A stretch of DNA of 32,000 nt. Origin: Gemmata obscuriglobus. GTDB lineage: Bacteria; Planctomycetota; Planctomycetia; Gemmatales; Gemmataceae. Location: the NCBI RefSeq assembly GCF_008065095.1, contig NZ_CP042911.1, positions 2,160,001 to 2,192,000 of the forward strand, in the 5' to 3' direction. Below, piece by piece: positions 8,304 to 14,240 of the stretch. A program made the translations under genes and the position numbers. Each line of letters opens with the position of its first letter. Position 1 is the stretch's first letter. The notes beneath the pieces are model-generated. The model was not told the DNA's origin. It searched no databases and saw only the letters and a program-made list of their open reading frames with translations.

Positions 8304-9941
8304 TCATTCTTGCTTGGTGCTGCCCGTGAGCCACTGCTTGAGCGACAGCGGCGTTCCGCTTTCGCGGGCGGCGGCCCCACGCCCCTGGAGCGGGTTGTCG
8401 CCGTTGTGGTACCGGTGGCAGTCGGTGCAGTTGTGCCGGGCGCCGCCGCCCGCCACGTCGGTGCCGTCGGGCAGCTTGACGACAGTGCCGACCGGCGCGT
8501 GACAGGCCCGGCACGTGTTCAGCCCGAGGATCTGGACCGGCTCCGGTTTGTTCGCCTCGACCGGCGACACGTATGCGGCTGCGGTGCCGGGGTGGCACGT
8601 CGCGCAGGTGGCCCCGCGGTGTGATGCGTGGTTGAACGTCGCGTGCCGGAGCCAGACGGTGCGGTCCGGTACCGCCGCGATTTTCGTCCTCGCGCCGCCA
8701 GCGCCTGCGGTCACCGTGTGGCACTTCGCGCAGCTCCCGCGGCTGCCGAACAGGTTAGCCTCCGCGTCCGCGGTGAGGCGTTCGGCGGTGTGGCCCAGCG
8801 TCGGCGGGGCGAGCGGTTGTTGCGGGTCCAGTTTCCCGCCCAGTTCCGGCGGGCGGGCGAGTGCGGGGTGGCCGCCGTCGCTCAGCCCCTTCAGGTAGCC
8901 CGCCTTGAGTTCGGCCGCGAGGTCCGCGGGCTGCTTGCGGTGCGCCAGCTCGAACCGCGGCACGGCGAACTTCTTGCCCCCTGACTCGGCGACGGCCTCG
9001 GGGGCGGCTAGCGGGTGGCACGACCGGCAGTGCGCCTCGAAGTTGACCGGCAGGAAGTACGCACCTTCCGCGCGCGGCGGGAACAGCGCGTCCGCCGGGG
9101 CGCCCTTCGTCAACGTCGCCTTCACCTTGTCCAGTTCCGGGGAGCCGGCGCCGGCGTCGAGCGCGTGGCACGACGCGCACGCGAGCTGAACCTTCGCGCT
9201 GTCGGGTTGGCCGGGGGCGAAGCGGGCGACGGCCGCGGCACCGCCCAGCTCACGGAGCCGGGCGACGGTCATCGCTTCCTTCCCGTCCGCGCTGTACGCC
9301 TGCCCCGGACTCATGTGGACCGCGTGGCTGAACGTGAGTGTCCGCGGGCTCTTGGTGATGTCAAGCGACCGAAACTCCGGGTGGTCGGTCACGAAGTTGG
9401 TCACCTTGTTCGCGTAAGGCGGCTCGCCGCGGGCCGCGGTGAGCGACCGGTCCGCATCGTGGTACCGGTTGAGTTCGGCGTGGCACCAGTTGCAGTCCTT
9501 GTCGGCAAGCCGGACCAGCGAGTTGAGCCGCCCGTTATGGTCGTGGTGGCAGTTCGAGCACCGGTCGTGGAACGCCTGCGCCTCCTTATTGGAGGAGGCG
9601 TGGTGCGGCGGCCCCGCGTGGCACTTCTCGCAGGTGAGATCGTGCCACCGGTCCCGCGCCCGGAAGGCGTCGAGCGGATTCAGACTCACCTTATGCGCCT
9701 TGTGGCACGCCTCGCAGTTGTTGTCGAACGCCGCGTGGACGTCGGCGAGTTGGCCGTGCGAGTGGGCGTACTGGACCCGCTGGGCCGGTTTGGCCACATC
9801 GACCGCCGCCCAGACGCCGGCCCCGATGAGGGCAATGGCGGTGAGGGCGCGGCGGGCGCGGCGGAACACGTCGGGGCTGCGGAAGTACCCGCGCCGCCCG
9901 ATGTACCGGTCCGACAGGTCGCGACTAGGGGAGCGGGGCAT
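8304..9941 (-). CDS. Membrane-anchored decahaem c-type cytochrome
   Basis: The protein is 545 aa with an N-terminal hydrophobic anchor ALTAIALIGAGVWAAV. It has ten CXXCH motifs: CEACH, CEKCH, CSNCH, CNWCH, CASCH, CRSCH, CAKCH, CATCH, CRACH, CTDCH. It also has c3/c7-like distal-His motifs (FSHAVH, FNHASH). Confidence 0.92.
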   Translation of the reverse strand: MPRSPSRDLSDRYIGRRGYFRSPDVFRRARRALTAIALIGAGVWAAVDVAKPAQRVQYAHSHGQLADVHAAFDNNCEACHKAHKVSLNPLDAFRARDRWHDLTCEKCHAGPPHHASSNKEAQAFHDRCSNCHHDHNGRLNSLVRLADKDCNWCHAELNRYHDADRSLTAARGEPPYANKVTNFVTDHPEFRSLDITKSPRTLTFSHAVHMSPGQAYSADGKEAMTVARLRELGGAAAVARFAPGQPDSAKVQLACASCHALDAGAGSPELDKVKATLTKGAPADALFPPRAEGAYFLPVNFEAHCRSCHPLAAPEAVAESGGKKFAVPRFELAHRKQPADLAAELKAGYLKGLSDGGHPALARPPELGGKLDPQQPLAPPTLGHTAERLTADAEANLFGSRGSCAKCHTVTAGAGGARTKIAAVPDRTVWLRHATFNHASHRGATCATCHPGTAAAYVSPVEANKPEPVQILGLNTCRACHAPVGTVVKLPDGTDVAGGGARHNCTDCHRYHNGDNPLQGRGAAARESGTPLSLKQWLTGSTKQE

Positions 9942-10060
9942 CTCTTAACCCGACGGTTGGTGCTCGGTGTCTCGTACCTGGTGCCTGCCATACGTTCGAC
10001 GCGGGTGACCACGCACCGGTGCAGAACGTGTGGCCCGCCGAATGCAGTATGCAACACAAC

Positions 10061-10942
10061 TTACCAGTACTTCAGCGCCCGGACCGCGTGGAGGACCATG
10101 AGCGAGAACATGGCCCACGACAGCGGGATGTGAACCAGGAGCCAGCCGTGCAGCCACGCGTGCAGGGTCCGCTGGTCGTCCCAGCGGCGGCGCAGGTCGG
10201 CGAGCCCCTGGAGCTTGTCGAGCGCGCCGCGGGCGTCCGGCGGGACCGCCTCCCGGAGCCGGGCGAACCGGCGCTCGGCCTCGGCGCGGGCGGTCAGGGG
10301 CGACCGCGACTGCCGCCCTTGTTCCAGATAAGGGAGCAGCACCTCGTCGCGGAACGCCTCGAGTTCGCCGGCCAGCGGTCCGCTGATGACCGGCTCGTCG
10401 GATTCGGACTCCGGGGGCACCGTGGTGAGCGCGGTGATGAGCTGCCGGGCCTCGTCGGCCTGGTACTCGCCGAGCCGGTCGATTTGCGACGCGATCGACT
10501 CGCCCGGGATGTCTGCGAGCATCTTTTGGGGGAGCCACTGCTGCATCACCAGGCCCCAAACGCCGCTCGCGATGACCGCAAGGAACAGCGCCATCGTGGC
10601 CGCCGGGAGCGGGCCGCCGAACCCGAACCCGCCGTGGATCAGAATCACCGGCAGGCACAGGAGCCCGAGCCAGATGTGCAACCGCATCCAGGTGCGGGTG
10701 CGGCCGAGCCGGTGCCCGCGCAGCATTTTGCGGAACACCAGGGCCATTTCGAACGCGATGATGATCCCGCCCGCGACCCCGCACAGCACCCCGAACCCGC
10801 TGCTGGGCTGCGGGGGCCAGTCCCACAGCCCGAGGAGCCCGCCGACCCAGGCGACGGCCGTGACGGCAACCGTGATCCCGACGGTGGCACCGATGATGGT
10901 GAACACCCGGCGCGGAACGGTCTTGGTCTTACCGAGAAGCAC
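10061..10942 (-). CDS. Integral membrane protein, putative di-haem b-type transmembrane electron carrier (cytochrome b / ferric-reductase-domain-like)
   Basis: The protein is 293 aa with about five hydrophobic helices. H89-x13-H103 lies in RLHIWLGLLCLPVILIH, and H271-x13-H285 lies in VHIPLSWAMFSLMVLH. A ~120-aa charged helical insert (aa ~137-255) sits between TM4 and TM5. The start is GTG at 10942, and there is no nearby in-frame ATG. Family assignment is by pattern only. Confidence 0.7.
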   Translation of the reverse strand: MLLGKTKTVPRRVFTIIGATVGITVAVTAVAWVGGLLGLWDWPPQPSSGFGVLCGVAGGIIIAFEMALVFRKMLRGHRLGRTRTWMRLHIWLGLLCLPVILIHGGFGFGGPLPAATMALFLAVIASGVWGLVMQQWLPQKMLADIPGESIASQIDRLGEYQADEARQLITALTTVPPESESDEPVISGPLAGELEAFRDEVLLPYLEQGRQSRSPLTARAEAERRFARLREAVPPDARGALDKLQGLADLRRRWDDQRTLHAWLHGWLLVHIPLSWAMFSLMVLHAVRALKYW

Positions 10943-11206
10943 TCGCGGCTCCGATCATGACGCCGTATTTCGTGTTACGGTGAGGATAGTACCCCTCGTG
11001 CGCGGGGCGGTCAACTATTTCGAACAGGAACTTCGGCCCCGGTGACACCGGGGCGTCACCCGCGGCCGGCGCGCGACCTTGTGAGGCGCATTCGTGATGG
11101 ACGGCGCTTGCCGTCCGGCCCGGAAATGTTGAACATGGGGGACGCACCGGCGGGCGCGTCCCGTGGCTCGCGTTTTGAACACCCGCTCAACTATTATCGG
11201 CTGACA
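10943..11206. promoter_or_regulatory. Divergent intergenic control region between the two arms of the redox island
   Basis: This is 264 bp between divergent starts at 10942 (-) and 11207 (+). It contains a 19-bp perfect palindrome gccccggtgacaccggggc at 11036-11054. That palindrome overlaps an alternative stem ggtgac/gtcacc (11041-11046 / 11055-11060). There is a hairpin ggacggc-gctt-gccgtcc at 11099-11116 and a hairpin gggacgc-N10-gcgtccc at 11139-11162. The AT-rich 9-mer TCAACTATT occurs twice (11011-11019 and 11187-11195), each time next to a TT(C/T)GAACA motif. I could not place promoter hexamers confidently. Confidence 0.5.
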
Positions 11207-12664
11207 ATGAATCTCAGCGCGCGTACAGTTCTCGTCACACTGGTGGCGGCCGCGGTCGGCCTCGCGGTCGCGGTCGGCGCGGCCCGGGCCGTCAAACCCG
11301 ACACCGTGACGGTTCCGAAGTACGAGCCGGTCCACCCGACTTCCGACGCGCCAACCGAGCGCCGGCCGGTCGGCGCGGTCGGGTGCATGGCCGCCGCGTG
11401 TCACGGCGCGCCCGCCGGTGAACTGCTCAACGGCCGGAGCGGCCCCGACACATGGGCCGCTTCGGGGAGCTGCTGGGCCGCAGCCGATCCGCACACGGCG
11501 GCCTACAGCCTGCTGACCGACCGCCCGCGGCGTAGCGTGGTGGTGACCGCGGCCCGGATCATGGCGAAGTACCGACCGGGGGTGAAGGCGACCGACGACG
11601 CCCGGTGCCTGGCGTGTCACACCAACCCGACGCTCGCGGAACTCCCCGCGACGACTGAAGTGGTTGCGCTCCGCGAGCAGGGGGTGAGCTGTGAGGCGTG
11701 CCACGGTAACGCGGGACAGTGGATTCAACCGCACACCGGGTGGACCGGCGACCGGGCGCAGGTGTACCGCGAGACCGGATTAAAACCGCTGTACGACATG
11801 GGCGAACGGGCGGTGACCTGCGCTGGGTGCCACGTCGGGGCGCCGGCCGACGGCTCCAACCCGGTGCGCGACATGAACCACGACATGATCGCGGCCGGGC
11901 ACCCGCGGCTGAACTTCGACTTCGCCGAGTACCAGCGCCGGCTCCCGAAACACTGGCACGAGAAGGAACGAACGAGCGGCGCGGCCAAACTGAACGAGTC
12001 GCAGGTGTGGTACGTCGGGCGGTTGGCCCACGCGGAGACCGCGTGCCGGCTCCTGGGGAGCCGGGCGCAGCGGACCGAGGCGAACGACGCCCGGACGGTC
12101 TGGCCCGAGTTCGCCGAGTTCAACTGTGCCGCTTGCCACCACAACTTGCGCGCTCCCGAGGAGGACGGCGGGCACTGGCGCAAGAGCGCGGAATACCTCG
12201 ACGGCCGCCCGATCGGTTCGACCCCGTGGCAAACGATCTGGCCCGTGACGCACGCGCCAGGACTGCCGCAGCCGCGCCGGGCGACCTCTGAAGTCGCGGC
12301 GCTGGTGCGGCTGATGGAGGGGGAGACCGGGCAGACGTGGCCCGACGGCCGGCCCAAGGTGCTCCGCTTCGCGAAGGCCCCGGATGCGAAGGGGCTGGCT
12401 CTCGCCACCGCCGATGCGCTCGCGGCGGCCCGGCGCGAGGCGGCGGCGGGTACGAAGGGGCCGCCGCCCGGGCTGTTCCCGGCGGGCGCGCCGCTTGTGC
12501 CCGAGTGGGACAGCGCGGAACAACTGTTCTTCGGGCTCGCGGCGCGGGAATACGCCCGGGGCGCGCCCGCCGCCGGGACCGTGCAGAAGTACCGGACCGG
12601 CGTGGACGCGTTTCGCGCCCGAGACTGGCTGAAGGTCAAGGACGTGTTCACCGGGCTGCGCTAG
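11207..12664 (+). CDS. Secreted pentahaem c-type cytochrome, paralogue 1 (cytochrome c554-family-like signature)
   Basis: The track ORF is 11042..12664. I prefer the ATG at 11207, which gives a signal-like N-terminus MNLSARTVLVTLVAAAVGLAVAVGAARA. The haem sites are CMAAACH (CX4CH, nt 11384-11404), CLACH, GVSCEACHGN, CAGCH and CAACHH. It shares DPHxxAYSLL and DMNHDMIAAGHPRL with the two downstream paralogues. Confidence 0.88.
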   Translation: MNLSARTVLVTLVAAAVGLAVAVGAARAVKPDTVTVPKYEPVHPTSDAPTERRPVGAVGCMAAACHGAPAGELLNGRSGPDTWAASGSCWAAADPHTAAYSLLTDRPRRSVVVTAARIMAKYRPGVKATDDARCLACHTNPTLAELPATTEVVALREQGVSCEACHGNAGQWIQPHTGWTGDRAQVYRETGLKPLYDMGERAVTCAGCHVGAPADGSNPVRDMNHDMIAAGHPRLNFDFAEYQRRLPKHWHEKERTSGAAKLNESQVWYVGRLAHAETACRLLGSRAQRTEANDARTVWPEFAEFNCAACHHNLRAPEEDGGHWRKSAEYLDGRPIGSTPWQTIWPVTHAPGLPQPRRATSEVAALVRLMEGETGQTWPDGRPKVLRFAKAPDAKGLALATADALAAARREAAAGTKGPPPGLFPAGAPLVPEWDSAEQLFFGLAAREYARGAPAAGTVQKYRTGVDAFRARDWLKVKDVFTGLR

Positions 12665-12695
12665 GAGCGCGGCCCGCGAAGGATTCCCCGCACGG

Positions 12696-14240
12696 ATGCG
12701 ACGGAAGCGAACCGCGAGTGTGATCGTGCGCGCCGTTCCCCTTGTTGCGATGGCCCTCGCCGCTGGCGTCGTCGCCGGTGGCCTGAACGCGGTTCATTCC
12801 TCTCATCCCCCGACCCGCTCCCCTCAACTCGCGTCGGCGGTGGGTGCGGCGGGCGACAAGCCTTACGGGGTCGGGGCGGCGCCGTTCGCGCACCGGCCGA
12901 GCACCTCGTGCGCCGCGTCCGCCTGCCACGGCGGCGGCGCGATCGGCAAGGCGGGCAGCGAACACTCGACCTGGACCCGCGAGGCCGCGCCGTCCGCGAC
13001 CGGCGACCCGCACGCGAAGGCGTACAGCGTTCTGTTCAACCCGGTCTCGGTGCGGATGGGACAGTTGCTCGGGTTCGACGGCAAAAAGGAGCCGCTGCCC
13101 CACGAGAACACCAGGTGCCTCGTGTGCCACTCCGTGGCCGAGGGCGCGGGCGGCGGAGACGATCGCGAGCAGTTCCTGGCGGAGGGCGTGGGGTGCGGCG
13201 GGTGCCACGGGCCGGCGGACAAGTGGATCGCCGAGCACACGCTCCCGTCGTGGAAGGCCCGTTCTAACGAGTCCAAGTGGAAAGACTTCGGGTTCGTGCC
13301 CACGAAGAACCTCGTGGCGCGGACGCTGAACTGCGCGAGCTGTCACGTCGGCGACGGCACGCGCGACATGAACCACGACTTCATTGCGGCCGGGCACCCC
13401 AGACTGGCGTTCGAGCCGGCCCGCTTCCACGCCCAGCCCGACTACCGCAAGCACTGGACGGAGAAGGCCCCGGCCCGCGATTTCGAGGTTCGCGTGTGGG
13501 TGGTCGGTCAGGCCGCGACCCTTCGCGCGGCTGTGAATCTGCTTTACGAGCGGGCGCGGAAGGCCGAGACGCCGAACGTCTCGCACCCGTGGCCGGAGTT
13601 CAGCGGCTACAGTTGCTTCTCGTGCCATCAGACGATTGGGGGCGATGCGCTGCGGGGCGAACGGAGCGCAACCGCCCGCCCCGTCGGCAACCCGCCCTGG
13701 GAGGTGTGGGCGAACGCCGGCGCGGGTGTCGCGGCCGAAACTTGCGGCACGGCGTTTCCCGGGGTAAGCTCGCCACAGTTGTTGAAAGTGCAAGAGCTTC
13801 GCAAACTGATGGGGGCGAAGCGGGAGCCGAACCCGGCCGAGGTCGCGCGACTGGCGCTCGCCGCCCGGGACGAACTCGACCAGTGGCTGGCGCAGCTCCA
13901 GGCCGCCGAAGATCGGGAGCTTGTGCCCGTCCCCGAAGGGACGCCGCGCCGGATCGCGCACCTGCTCACCTCGCGGGCGCTGAACGGGGACAAGCTCGCG
14001 GACCACGACTGGGACGCGCTGGCGTCGACGTACCTGGGCGCCGCGTCGATGTGGACCGCGACCGGCGGTCGGGGCGGGCGCGAGGCGCTCTGGGGTGAGC
14101 CCCTGGCGCGGGTGTACGGCGCCCTGAAGTTCCCCCCCGGCTCGAACGGGCCGGTCAAGTTCGGCAAGCCGGAACTGGACACCATCTACAAGCAGCTCGA
14201 ACTGCTGCGCGACACGACGGGCACACCGGAGGGGAAGTGA
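12696..14240 (+). CDS. Secreted pentahaem c-type cytochrome, paralogue 2
   Basis: The protein is 514 aa with a signal/anchor MRRKRTASVIVRAVPLVAMALAAGVVAG. The haem sites are CAASACH (CX4CH, nt 12909-12929), CLVCH, GVGCGGCHGP, CASCH and CFSCH. Shared motifs are DPHAKAYSVL, DMNHDFIAAGHPRL and WPEFSGYSC. A GAAGGA sits ~12 nt upstream of the ATG. The gap to paralogue 1 is 31 bp. Confidence 0.9.
   Translation: MRRKRTASVIVRAVPLVAMALAAGVVAGGLNAVHSSHPPTRSPQLASAVGAAGDKPYGVGAAPFAHRPSTSCAASACHGGGAIGKAGSEHSTWTREAAPSATGDPHAKAYSVLFNPVSVRMGQLLGFDGKKEPLPHENTRCLVCHSVAEGAGGGDDREQFLAEGVGCGGCHGPADKWIAEHTLPSWKARSNESKWKDFGFVPTKNLVARTLNCASCHVGDGTRDMNHDFIAAGHPRLAFEPARFHAQPDYRKHWTEKAPARDFEVRVWVVGQAATLRAAVNLLYERARKAETPNVSHPWPEFSGYSCFSCHQTIGGDALRGERSATARPVGNPPWEVWANAGAGVAAETCGTAFPGVSSPQLLKVQELRKLMGAKREPNPAEVARLALAARDELDQWLAQLQAAEDRELVPVPEGTPRRIAHLLTSRALNGDKLADHDWDALASTYLGAASMWTATGGRGGREALWGEPLARVYGALKFPPGSNGPVKFGKPELDTIYKQLELLRDTTGTPEGK

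Noticed and set aside
11042-11206. Upstream extensions of several track ORFs (11042 for cytochrome 1, 16088 for GT87, 22987 for DUF1801, 28262 for the methyltransferase, 19130 for the phosphatase fusion)
   Set aside because: In each case an internal ATG gives a sensible N-terminus: a signal peptide, an RBS-like purine tract, or an ATGA coupling. The extension either overlaps a neighbouring gene or hairpin, or has non-coding composition.
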